This document shows, one piece after another, positions 1-12,289 of a stretch of 64,000 bases of DNA. Position 1 is the first letter of the stretch; every line of letters starts with the position of its first letter. Source of the stretch: Eledone cirrhosa. Lineage: Eukaryota. The stretch spans positions 129,766,001-129,830,000 of the forward strand of contig OZ024744.1 of the NCBI GenBank assembly GCA_964016885.1, written 5' to 3'. The translations under genes and the position numbers were made by a program. The notes under the pieces were generated by a model that saw only the letters and a program-made list of their open reading frames with translations, had not been told where the DNA came from and did no database searches.

Positions 1-3000
1 TTAAGTTAAGTTGAGGTTAAAGTTAAGTAGGGGTTAAATTATGTTGGGGTTAAGTTAAGTTGGGGTTAAGTTGAGTTGGGGTTAAGTTAAGTTGGGGATA
101 AGTTAAGTTGGGGATAAGTTAAGTTGGGGTTAATTAAGTTGGGTTTAAGTTAAGTTGGGGTTAAGTTAAGTTGGGGTTAAGTTAAGTTGGGGTTAAGTTA
201 AGTTGGTTAGTTAAGTTGAGTTTAAGTTAAGTTGGGCTTAATTTAAGTTGGGGTTAAGTTAAGTTGGGGTTAAGTTAAGTTGGGGTTAAGTTAAGTTGGG
301 GTTCAGTCAAGTTAAGTTGGGGTTAAGTTGGGGTAAAATTAAGTTAGGGTTAAGTTAAGTTGGGGTTAAGTTAAGTTGGGGTTAAGTTAAGTTGGGGTTA
401 AGTTAAGTTGCGGTTAAGTTAAGTTGAGGTTAAATTAAGTTGGGGTTAAGTTAAGTTGGGGTTAATTTAAGTTGGGGCTAAGTTAAGTTGGGGCTAAGTT
501 AAGTTGGGGCTAAGTTAAGTAGGGGTTAAGTTAACTTTGGGTTAAGTTATGTTGGGTTTGAGTTAAGTTGGGGTTAATTAAGTTGGGGTTAAGTTAAGTT
601 GGGGTTAAGTTAAGTTGGGGTTAAGTTAAGTTGGTGTTAAGTTAAGTTGCGGTTAAGTTAAGTTGATGTTAAGTTAAGTTGGGGTTAAGTTAAGTTGGGG
701 TTAAGTTAAGTTGGGGCTAAGTTAAGTTGGGGCTAAGTTAAGTTGGGGCTAAGTTAAGTTGGGGTTAAGTTAAGGTGGGGTTAAGTTAAGTTGGGGTCAA
801 CTTAAGTTGGGGTTAAGTTAAGTTGGGGTTAAGTTAAGTTGGGGTTAAGTTAAGTTGGGGTTACGTTAAGTTGGGGGTAAGTTAAGTTGGTGGTAAGTTA
901 AGTTGGGGGTAAGTTAAGATGGGGTTAAGTTAAGTTGGGGTTAATTTAATTCGGGGTTAAGTTAAGTTAGGGTTAAGTTAAGTTGGGGTTATGTTAAGTT
1001 GGGGTTAAGTTAAGTTGGGGTTAAGTTAAGTTGGGGTTCAATTAAGTTGCGGTTAATTTAAGTTGGGTTTAAGTTAAGTTGGGGTTAAGTTAAGTTGGGG
1101 TTATGTTAAGTTGGTGTTAAGTTAAGTTGGGGTTAAGTTAAGTTGGGGTTAAGTTAAGTTGGGTTTAAGTTAAGTTGGGTTTAAGTTAAGTTGGGGCTAA
1201 GTTAAGTTAGGGCTAAGTTAAGTTGGGGTTAAGTTAAGTTGGGGTTAATTTAAGTTGGGGTTACATTAAGTTGAGGTTAAGTTAAGTTGTGGTTAAGTTA
1301 AGTTAGGGTTAATTTAAGTTAGGGTTATGTTAAGTTGGGGTTAAGTTAAGTTGGGGTTAAGTTAGGTTGGTGTTAAGTTAAGTTGGGGTTAAGTTAATTT
1401 GTGGTTAAGTTAAGTTGGGGTTAAGTTAAGTTGGGGTTAAGTTCAGTCGGGGTTAAGTTAAGTCGGGGTTAAGTTAAGTTGGGGTTAAGTTAAGTTGGGG
1501 TTAAGTTAAGTTGGGGTTGAGTTAAGTTGGGGTTAAGTTAAGGTGGGGTTAAAATAAGTTGGGGTTAAGTTAAGTTGGGGTTGAGTTAAGTTGGGGTTGA
1601 GTTAATTTGGGGTTAAGTTAAGTTGGGGTTAACTTAAGTTGGGTTTAATTTAAGTTGGGGTTAATTTAAGTTGGGGTTAAATTAAGTTGGGGTTAAGTTA
1701 AGTTGGGGGTAAGATAAGTTGGGGTTAGTTAAGTTGCGGTTAAGTTAAGTTGGGGTTAAGTTAAGTTGGGGTTAATTTAAGTTGGGGTTAATTTAAGTTG
1801 GGGTTAAGTTAAGTTGGGGTTAATTTAAGTTGGGGTTAATTTAAGTTGGGGTTAAGTTAAGTTGGGGTTAAGTTAAGTTGGGGTAAAGTTAAGTTGGGGT
1901 TAAGTTAAGTTAGGGTTAAGTTAAGTTGGGGTTATGTTAAGTTGGGGTTAAGTTAAGTTGGGGTTAAGTTAAGTTGGGGTTCAATTAAGTTGCGGTTAAT
2001 TTAAGTTGGGTTTAAGTTAAGTTGGGGTTAAGTTAAGTTGGGGTTATGTTAAGTTGGTGTTAAGTTAAGTTGGGGTTAAGTTAAGCTGGGGTTAAGTTAA
2101 GTTGGGTTTAAGTTAAGTTGGGGCTAAGTTAAGTTAGGGCTAAGTTAAGTTGGGGTTAAGTAAAGTTAGGGCTAAGTTAAGTTGGGGTTAAGTTAAGTTG
2201 GGGTTAATTTAAGTTGGGGTTACATTAAGTTGAGGTTAAGTTAAGTTGGGGTTAAGTTAAGTTGGGTTTAAGTTAAGTTGGGGCTAAGTTAAGTTAGGGC
2301 TAAGTTAAGTTGGGGCTGAGTTAAGTTGGGGTTAAGTTAAGTTGGGGTTGAGTTAAGTTGGGGTTAAGTTAAGTTGGGGTTAAGTTAAGTTGGGGCTGAG
2401 TTAAGTTGGGGTTACGTTAAGTTGGGGTTAAGGTAAGTTGGGGTTAAGTTAAGTTCGGGTTAAGTTAAGTTGGTGTTAAGTTAAGTTGGGGCTGAGTTAA
2501 GTTGGGGCTAAGTTAAGTTGGGTCTAAGTTAAGTTGGGGTTAAGTTAAGTTGGGGTTAAGTTAAGTTGGTGTTAAATTAAGTTGGGGTTAAGTTAAGTTG
2601 GTGTTAAGTTAAGTTGGGGTTAAGTTAAGTTGGGGTTAATTAAGTTGGGGTTAAGTTAAGTTGGGGTTAAGTTAATTGGGGTTAAATTAAGTTAGGGTTG
2701 AGTTAAGTTGGGGTTAAGTTAAGTTGGGGTTATATTAAGTTGGGGTTAAGTTAAGTTGGGGTTAAGTAAAGTTGTGGTTCAGTTAAGTTGCGGTTAAGTT
2801 AAGTTGGGGTTAAGTTAAGTTAGGCTTAACTTAAGTTGGGGTTAAGTTAAGTTGGGGGTGAGTTAAGTTGGGGGTAAGTTAAGTTGGGGTTAAGTTAAGT
2901 TGGGGTTAAGTTGGGGTTAAGTTAATTTAGGGTTAAGTTAAGTTGGGGTTGAGTTAAGTTGGGGTTAAGTTAAGTGGTGGTTATGTTAAGTTGGGGTTAA

Positions 3001-5524
3001 GTTAAGTTGGGGTTAATTTAAATTGGGGTTAATTTAACTTTGTGGTTAAGTTAAGTTGGGGTTAATTTAAGTTGGGGTTAAGTTAAGTTGGGGTTAATTT
3101 AATTTGTGGTTAAGTTAAGTTGGGGTTAAGTTAAGTTGGGGTTGAGTTAAGCTGGGGTTAAGTTAAGTTGGGGTTAAAATAAGTTGGGGTTAAGTTAAGT
3201 TGGGGTTGAGTTAAGTTGGGGTTGAGTTAATTCGGGGTTAAGTTAAGTTGGGGTTAACTTAAGTTGGGTTTAATTTAAGTTGGGGTTAAGTTAAGTTGGG
3301 GTTATAATTAAGTTGGGGTTAAGTTAAGTTGGGGGTAAGATAAGTTGGGGTTAGTTAAGTTGCGGTTAAGTTAAGTTGGGGTTAAGTTAAGTTGGGGTTA
3401 AGTTAAGTTGGGGTTAAGTTAAGTTGGGGTTAATTTAAGTTGGGGTTAATTTAAGTTGGGGTAAAGTTAAGTTGGGGGTAAGTTAAGTTGGGGTTAAGTT
3501 AAGTTGGGGTTAAGTTGGGGTTAAGTTAGGGTTAACTTAAGTTGGGGTTGTGTTAAGTGGTGGTTATGTTAAGTGGTGGTTATGTTAAGTTGGGGTTAAG
3601 TTAAGTTGGGGTTAAGTTAAATTGGGGTTAAGTTAAGTTGCGGTTAAGTTAAGTTGGGGTTAAGTTAAGTTGGGGTTAAGTTAATTAGGTTTAAGTTAAG
3701 TTGGGGTTAAGTTAAGTTGGGGTTAAGTTAAGTTGGGGTTAAGTTAATTTGTGGTTAAGTTAAGTTGGGGTTAAGTTAAGTTGGGGTTAAGTTAAGTTGG
3801 GGATAAGTTAAGTTGAGGATAAGTTAAGTTGGGGTTAATTAAGTTGGCTTTAAGTTAAGTTGGGGTTAAGTTAAGTTGGGGTTAAGTTAAGTTGGGGTTA
3901 AGTTAAGTTGGTTAGTTAAGTTGAGTTTAAGTTAAGTTGGGGTTAATTTAAGTTGGGGTTAAGTTAAGTTGGGGTTAAGTTAAGTTGGGGTTAAGTTAAG
4001 TTGGGGTTCAGTTAAGTTGGGGTTAAGTTAAGTTGGGGTTAAGTTGGGGTAAACTTAAGTTGGGGTTAAGTTAAGTTGCGGGTAAGTTAAGTTGAGGTTA
4101 AGTTAAGTTGGGGTTAAGTTAAGTTGGGGTTAAGTTAAGTTGGGGCTAAGTTAAGTTGGAGCTAAGTTAAGTTGGGGCTAAGTTAAGTTGGGGTTAAGTT
4201 AAGTTGGGGTTAAGTTAAGGTGGGGTTAAGTTAAGTTGGGGTCAACTTAAGTTGGGGTTAATTTAAGTTGGGGTTAACTTAAGTTGGGGTTAAGTTAAGT
4301 TGGGGTTAAGTTAAGTTGGGGTTAAGTTAAGTTGGGGTTACGTTAAGTTGGGGGTAAGTTAAGTTGGTGGTAAGTTAAGTTGGGGGTAAGTTAAGATGGG
4401 GTTAAGTTAAGTTGGGGTTAATTTAATTTGGGGTTAAGTTAAGTTAGGGTTAAGTTAAGTTGGGGTTGAGTTAAGTTGGGGTTAAGTTAAGTTGGGGTTA
4501 TGTTAAGTTGGGGTTAAGTTAAGTTGGGGTTAAGTTAAGTTGGGGTTCAATTAAGTTGCGGTTAATTTAAGTTGGGGTTAAGTTAAGTTGGGGTTAAGTT
4601 AAGTTGGGGTTAAGTTAAGTTGGGGTTAAATTAAGTTGGGGTTAAATTAAGTTGGGGTTAAGTTAAGTTGGGGTTATGTTAAGTTGGTGTTAAGTTAAGT
4701 TGGGGTTAAGTTAAGTTGTGGTTAAGTTAGGTTGGTGTTAATTTAAGTTGGGGGTAAGTTAAGTTGGGGGTAAGTTAAGTTGGTGTTAAGTTAAGTTGGG
4801 GTTAAGTTAAGTTGGGGTTAAGTTAAGTTGGGGTTAAGTTAGGGTCGAGTTAAGTTGGGGTTAAGTTAAGTGGGGGTTATATTAAGTTGGGGTCAAGTTA
4901 AGTTGGGGTTAAGTTAAGTTGGGGTTCATTTAAGTTGCGGTTAAGTTAAGTTGGTGTTAAGTTAAGTTGGGGTTAAGTTAAGTTGGGGTTAAATTAAGTT
5001 GGGGTTAAGTTAAGTTGGGGTTAAGTGAAGTTGGGGTTAAGTTAAGTTGCGGTTAAGTTAAGTTGGGGTTAAGTTAAGTTGGGGTTAAATTAAGTTGGGG
5101 TTAAGTTAAGTTGGGGTTAAGTTAAGTTGGGATAAAGTTAAGTTGGTGTTAAGTTAAGTTGAGGTTAAGTTTACTTGGGGTTAAGTTGCGGTTAAGTTAA
5201 GTTGGGGTTGAGTTAAGTTGGTGTTGAGTTAAGTTGGGGTTAATTTAAGTTGGGGTTAATTTAAGTTGGGGTTAAGCTAGTTTGGGGTTAAGTTAAATCG
5301 AGGTTAAGTTAAGTTGGGCTTAAGTTAAGTTGGGGTTAATTTAAGTTGGGGTTAAGTTAAGTTGGGTTTAAGTTAAGTTGGGGTTAAGTTAAGTTGGGGT
5401 TAAGTTAAGTTGGGGTTACATTAAGGTGGGGTTAAGTTAAGTTGGGGTTAAGTTAAGTTGGGCGTTAAGTTAATTTGGGGTTAAGTTAAGTTAGGGTTAA
5501 GTTAAGTTGGGGTTGAGTTAAGTT

Positions 5525-8500
5525 GGGGGTAAGTTAAGTTGGGGTTAAGTTAAGTTGGGGTTAAGTTAAGTTGGGGTTAAGTTAAGTTAGGCTTAACTTA
5601 AGTTGGGGTTAAGTTAAGTTGGGGGTGAGTTAAGTTGGGGGTAAGTTAAGTTGGGGTTAAGTTAAGTTGGGGGTAAGTTAATTTGGGGTTGAGTTAAGTT
5701 GGGGTTAAGTTAAGTGGTGGTTATGTTAAGTTGGGGTTAAGTTAAGTTGGGGTTAATTTAAATTGGGGTTAATTTAACTTTGTTGTTAAGTTAAGTTGGG
5801 GTTAATTTAAGTTGGGGTTAAGTTAAGTTGGGGTTGAGTTAAGTTAGGGTTGAGTGAAGTTGGGGTTAAGTTAAGTTGGGGTTAAATTAAGTTGGGGTTA
5901 AGTTAAGTTGGGGTTAATTTAAGTTGGGGTTAAGTTAAGTTGGGGTTAAGTTAATTTGTGGTTAAGTTAAGTTGGGGTTAAGTTAAGTTGGGGTTAAATT
6001 CAGTCGGGGTTAAGTTAAGTCGGGGTTAAGTTACGTTGGGGTTAAGTTAAGTTGGGGTTAAGTTAAGTTGGGGTTGAGTTAAGTTGGGGTTAAGTTAAGT
6101 TGGGGTTAAAATAAGTTGGGGTTAAGTTAAGTTGGGGTTGAGTTAAGTTGGGGTTGAGTGAAGTTGGGGTTAAGTTACGTTGGGGTTAAATTAAGTTGGG
6201 GTTAAGTTAAGTTGGGGGTAAGATAAGTTGGGGTTAGTTAAGTTGCGGTTAAGTTAAGTTGGGGTTAAGTTAAGTTGGGGTTAAGTTAAGTTGGGGTTAA
6301 GTTAAGTTGGGGTTAATTTAAGTTGGGGTTAAGTTAAGTTGGGGTTAATTTAAGTTGGGGTTAATTTAAGTTGGGGTTAAGTTAAGTTGGGGTTAAGTTA
6401 AGTTGGGGTAAAGTTAAGTTGGGGGTAAGTTAAGTTGGGGTTAAGTTAAGTTGGGGTTAAGTTGGGGTTAAGTTAAGTTAGGGTTAACTTAAGTTGGGGT
6501 TGTGTTAAGTGGTGGTTATGTTAAGTGGTGGTTATGTTAAGTTGGGGTTAAGTTAAATTGGGGTTAAGTTAAGTTGCGGTTAAGTTAAGTTGGGGTTAAG
6601 TTAAGTTGGGGTTAAGTTAATTAGGGTTAAGTTAAGTTGGGGTTAAGTTAAGTTGGGGTTAAGTTAATTTGTTGTTAAGTTAAGTTGGGGTTAAGTTAAG
6701 TTGGGGTTAAGTTAAGTTGGGGATAAGTTAAGTTGGGGATAAGTTAAGTTGGGGTTAATTAAGTTGGGTTTATTTAAGTTGGGGTTAAGTTAAGTTGGGG
6801 TTAAGTTAAGTTGGGGTTAAGTTAAGTTGGTTAGTTAAGTTGAGTTTAAGTTAAGTTGGGGTTAATTTAAGTTGGGGTTAAGTTAAGTTGGGGTTAAGTT
6901 AAGTTGGGGTTAAGTTAAGTTGGGGTTAAGTTAAGTTGGGGTTCAGTTAAGTTGGGGTTAAGTTAAGTTGGGGTTAAGTTGGGGTAAAATTAAGTTGGGG
7001 TTAAGTTAAGTTGGGGTTAAGTTAAGTTGGGGTTAAGTTAAGTTGCGGTTAAGTTAAGTTGAGGTTAAGTTAAGTTGGAGTTAAGTTAAGTTGGGGTTAA
7101 GTTAAGTTGGGGCTAAGTTAAGTTGGGGCTAAGTTAAGTTGGGGCTAAGTTAAGTTGGGGTTAAGTTAACTTTGGGTTAAGTTAAGTTGGGTTTGAGTTA
7201 AGTTGGGGTTAATTAAGTTGGGGTTAAGTTAAGTTGGGGTTAAGTTAAGTTGGGGGTAAGTTAAGTTGGGGTTAAGTTAAGTTGGGGTTAAGTTAAGTTG
7301 GGGTTAAGTTAAGTTAGGCTTAACTTAAGTTGGGGTTAAGTTAAGTTGGGGGTGAGTTAAGTTGGGGGTAAGTTAAGTTGGGGTTAAGTTAAGTTGGGGG
7401 TAAGTTAATTTGGGGTTGAGTTAAGTTGGGGTTAAGTTAAGTGGTGGTTATGTTAAGTTGGGGTTAAGTTAAGTTGGGGTTAATTTAAATTGGGGTTAAT
7501 TTAACTTTGTTGTTAAGTTAAGTTGGGGTTAATTTAAGTTGGGGTTAAGTTAAGTTGGGGTTGAGTTAAGTTGGGGTTGAGTGAAGTTGGGGTTAAGTTA
7601 AGTTGGGGTTAAATTAAGTTGGGGTTAAGTTAAGTTGGGGTTAATTTAAGTTGGGGTTAAGTTAAGTTGGGGTTAAGTTAATTTGTGGTTAAGTTAAGTT
7701 GGGGTTAAGTTAAGTTGGGGTTAAATTCAGTCGGGGTTAAGTTAAGTCGGGGTTAAGTTACGTTGGGGTTAAGTTAAGTTGGGGTTAAGTTAAGTTGGGG
7801 TTGAGTTAAGTTGGGGTTAAGTTAAGTTGGGGTTAAAATAAGTTGGGGTTAAGTTAAGTTGGGGTTGAGTTAAGTTGGGGTTGAGTGAAGTTGGGGTTAA
7901 GTTACGTTGGGGTTAAATTAAGTTGGGGTTAAGTTAAGTTGGGGGTAAGTTAAGTTGGGGTTAGTTAAGTTGCGGTTAAGTTAAGTTGGGGTTAAGTTAA
8001 GTTGGGGTTAAGTTAAGTTGGGGTTAAGTTAAGTTGGAGTTAATTTAAGTTGGGGTTAAGTTAAGTTGGGGTTAAGTTAAGTTGGGGTAAAGTTAAGTTG
8101 GGGGTAAGTTAAGTTGGGGTTAAGTTAAGTTGGGGTTAAGTTGGGGTTAAGTTAAGTTAGGGTTAACTTAAGTTGGGGTTGTGTTAAGTGGTGGTTATGT
8201 TAAGTGGTGGTTATGTTAAGTTGGGGTTAAGTTAAATTGGGGTTAAGTTAAGTTGCGGTTAATTTAAGTTGGGGTTAAGTTAAGTTGGGGTTAAGTTAAT
8301 TAGGGTTAAGTTAAGTTGGGGTTAAGTTAAGTTGGGGTTAAGTTAATTTGTTGTTAAGTTAAGTTGGGGTTAAGTTAAGTTGGGGTTAAGTTAAGTTGGG
8401 GATAAGTTAAGTTGGGGATAAGTTAAGTTGGGGTTAATTAAGTTGGGTTTATTTAAGTTGGGGTTAAGTTAAGTTGGGGTTAAGTTAAGTTGGGGTTAAG

Positions 8501-8930
8501 TTAAGTTGGTTAGTTAAGTTGAGTTTAAGTTAAGTTGGGGTTAATTTAAGTTGGGGTTAAGTTAAGTTGGGGTTAAGTTAAGTTGGGGTTAAGTTAAGTT
8601 GGGGTTAAGTTAAGTTGGGGTTCAGTTAAGTTGGGGTTAAGTTAAGTTGGGGTTAAGTTGGGGTAAAATTAAGTTGGGGTTAAGTTAAGTTGGGGTTAAG
8701 TTAAGTTGGGGTTAAGTTAAGTTGCGGTTAAGTTAAGTTGAGGTTAAGTTAAGTTGGAGTTAAGTTAAGTTGGGGTTAAGTTAAGTTGGGGCTAAGTTAA
8801 GTTGGGGCTAAGTTAAGTTGGGGCTAAGTTAAGTTGGGGTTAAGTTAACTTTGGGTTAAGTTAAGTTGGGTTTGAGTTAAGTTGGGGTTAATTAAGTTGG
8901 GGTTAAGTTAAGTTGGGGTTAAGTTAAGTT
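5525..8930 (+). repeat. 1727-bp tandem duplication nested in the 6.8 kb unit (first copy)
   Basis: TTAGGCTTAAC 5592/7319 and CAGTCGGGG 6001/7728 both give 1727; later markers give 1679 (three monomers fewer). Confidence 0.9.
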
Positions 8931-10359
8931 GGGGTTAAGTTAAGTTGCGGTTAAGTTAAGTTGAGGTTAAGTTAAGTTGGGGTTAAGTTAAGTTGGGGCT
9001 AAGTTAAGTTGGAGCTAAGTTAAGTTGGGGCTAAGTTAAGTTGGGGTTAAGTTAAGTTGGGGTTAAGTTAAGGTGGGGTTAAGTTAAGTTGGGGTCAACT
9101 TAAGTTGGGGTTAACTTAAGTTGGGGTTAAATTAAGTTGGGGTTAAGTTAAGTTGGGGTTAAGTTAAGTTGGGGTTAAGTTAAGTTGGGGGTCAGTTAAG
9201 TTGGTGGTAAGTTAAGTTGGGGGTAAGTTAAGATGGGGTAAAGTTAAGTTGGGGTTAATTTAATTTGGGGTTAAGTTAAGTTAGGGTTAAGTTAAGTTGG
9301 GGTTGAGTTAAGTTGGGGTTAAGTTAAGTTGGGGTTATGTTAAGTGGGGGTTAAGTTAAGTTGGGGTTAAGTTAAGTTGGGGTTCAATTAAGTTGCGGAT
9401 AATTTAAGTTGGGGTTAAGTTAAGTTGGGGTTAAGTTAAGTTGGGGTTAAGTTAAGTTGGGGTTAAATTAAGTTGGGGTTAAATTAAGTTGGGGTTAAGT
9501 TAAGTTGGGGTTATGTTAAGTTGGTGTTAAGTTAAGTTGGGGTTAAGTTAAGTTGGGGTTAAGTTAGGTTGGTGTTAATTTAAGTTGGGGGTAAGTTAAG
9601 TTGGGGGTAAGTTAAGTTGGTGTTAAGTTAAGTTGGGGTTAAGTTAAGTTGGGGTTAAGTTAAGTTGGGTTTAAGTTAAGTTGGGGCTAAGTTAAGTTAG
9701 GGCTAAGTTAAGTTGGGGTTAAGTAAAGTTAGGGCTAAGTTAAGTTGGGGTTAAGTTAAGTTGGGGTTAATTTAAGTTGGGGTTACATTAAGTTGAGGTT
9801 AAGTTAAGTTGTGGTTAAGTTAAGTTAGGGTTAATTTAAGTTAGGGTTATGTTAAGTTGGGGTTAAGTTAAGTTGGGGTTAAGTTAGGTTGGTGTTAAGT
9901 TAAGTTGGGGTTAAGTTAATTTGTGGTTAAGTTAAGTTGGGGTTAAGTTAAGTTGGGGTTAAGTTAAGTTGGGGTTAAAATAAGTTGGGGTTAAGTTAAG
10001 TTGGGGTTGAGTTAAGTTGGGGTTGAGTTAATTTGGGGTTAAGTTAAGTTGGGGTTAACTTAAGTTGGGTTTAATTTAAGTTGAGGTTAATTTAAGTTGG
10101 GGTTAAATTAAGTTGGGGTTAAGTTAAGTTGGGGGTAAGATAAGTTGCGGTTAGTTAAGTTGCGGTTAAGTTAAGTTGGGGTAAAGTTAAGTTGGGGTTA
10201 AGTTAAGTTGGGGTTAAGTTAAGTTGGGGTTAAGTTAAGTTCGGGTTAATTTAAGTTGGGGTTAAGTTAAGTTGGGGTTAATTTAAGTTGGGGTTAATTT
10301 AAGTTGGGGTCAAGTTAAGTTGGGGTTAAGTTAAGTTGGGGTAAAGTTAAGTTGGGGTT

Positions 10360-10860
10360 AAGTTGGGGTTAAGTTAAGTTAGGGTTAACTTAAGTTGGGG
10401 TTGTGTTAAGTGGTGGTTATGTTAAGTGGTGGTTATGTTAAGTTGGGGTTAAGTTAAGTTGTGGTTAAGTTAAATTGGGGTTAAGTTAAGTTGCGGTTAA
10501 TTTAAGTTGGGGTTAAGTTAAGTTGGGGTTAAGTTAATTAGGGTTAAGTTAAGTTGGGCTTAAGTTAAGTTGGGGTTAAGTTAAGTTGGGGTTAAGTTAA
10601 GTCGGGGTTAAGTTGGGGTTAAGTTAAGTTAGGGTTAACTTAAGTTGGGGTTGTGTTAAGTGGTGGTTATGTTAAGTGGTGGTTATGTTAAGTTGGGGTT
10701 AAGTTAAGTTGTGGTTAAGTTAAATTGGGGTTAAGTTAAGTTGCGGTTAATTTAAGTTGGGGTTAAGTTAAGTTGGGGTTAAGTTAATTAGGGTTAAGTT
10801 AAGTTGGGGTTAAGTTAAGTTGGGGTTAAGTTAAGTTGGGGTTAAGTTAAGTCGGGGTTA
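10360..10860 (+). repeat. 250-bp tandem duplication (also at ~17190-17690 and ~38030-38530)
   Basis: AGGGTTAACTTAAGTTGGGGTTGTGTTAAGTGGTGG starts at 10381/10631, 17210/17460 and 38049/38299; the offset is 250 each time. Confidence 0.9.
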
Positions 10861-12289
10861 ATTTAAGTTGGGGTTAAGTTAAGTTGAGGTTAAAGTTAAG
10901 TAGGGGTTAAATTATGTTGGGGTTAAGTTAAGTTGGGGATAAGTTAAGTTGGGGATAAGTTAAGTTGGGGTTAATTAAGTTGGGTTTAAGTTAACTTGGG
11001 GTTAAGTTAAGTTGGGGTCAACTTAAGTTGGGGTTAATTTAAGTTGGGGTTAACTTAAGTTGGGGTTAAGTTAAGTTGGGGTTAAGTTAAGTTGGGGTTA
11101 AGTTAAGTTGGGGTTACGTTAAGTTGGGGGTAAGTTAAGTTGGTGGTAAGTTAAGTTGGGGGTAAGTTAAGATGGGGTTAAGTTAAGTTGGGGTTAATTT
11201 AATTTGGGGTTAAGTTAAGTTAGGGTTAAGTTAAGTTGGGGTTGAGTTAAGTTGGGGTTAAGTTAAGTTGGGGTTATGTTAAGTTGGGGTTAAGTTAAGT
11301 TGGGGTTCAATTAAGTTGCGGTTAATTTAAGTTGGGGTTAAGTTAAGTTGGGGTTAAGTTAAGTTGGGGTTAAGTTAAGTTGGGGTTAAATTAAGTTGGG
11401 GTTAAATTAAGTTGGGGTTAAGTTAAGTTGGGGTTATGTTAAGTTGGTGTTAAGTTAAGTTGGGGTTAAGTTAAGTTGTGGTTAAGTTAGGTTGGTGTTA
11501 ATTTAAGTTGGGGGTAAGTTAAGTTGGGGGTAAGTTAAGTTGGTGTTAAGTTAAGTTGGGGTTAAGTTAAGTTGGGGTTAAGTTAAGTTGGGGTTAAGTT
11601 AGGGTCGAGTTAAGTTGGGGTTAAGTTAAGTGGGGGTTATATTAAGTTGGGGTCAAGTTAAGTTGGGGTTAAGTTAAGTTGGGGTTCATTTAAGTTGCGG
11701 TTAAGTTAAGTTGGTGTTAAGTTAAGTTGGGGTTAAGTTAAGTTGGGGTTAAATTAAGTTGGGGTTAAGTTAAGTTGGGGTTAAGTGAAGTTGGGGTTAA
11801 GTTAAGTTGCGGTTAAGTTAAGTTGGGGTTAAGTTAAGTTGGGGTTAAATTAAGTTGGGGTTAAGTTAAGTTGGGGTTAAGTTAAGTTGGGATAAAGTTA
11901 AGTTGGTGTTAAGTTAAGTTGAGGTTAAGTTTACTTGGGGTTAAGTTAAGTTGCGGTTAAGTTAAGTTGGGGTTGAGTTAAGTTGGTGTTGAGTTAAGTT
12001 GGGGTTAATTTAAGTTGGGGTTAATTTAAGTTGGGGTTAAGCTAGTTTGGGGTTAAGTTAAATCGAGGTTAAGTTAAGTTGGGCTTAAGTTAAGTTGGGG
12101 TTAATTTAAGTTGGGGTTAAGTTAAGTTGGGTTTAAGTTAAGTTGGGGTTAAGTTAAGTTGGGGTTAAGTTAAGTTGGGGTTACATTAAGGTGGGGTTAA
12201 GTTAAGTTGGGGTTAAGTTAAGTTGGGCGTTAAGTTAATTTGGGGTTAAGTTAAGTTAGGGTTAAGTTAAGTTGGGGTTGAGTTAAGTT

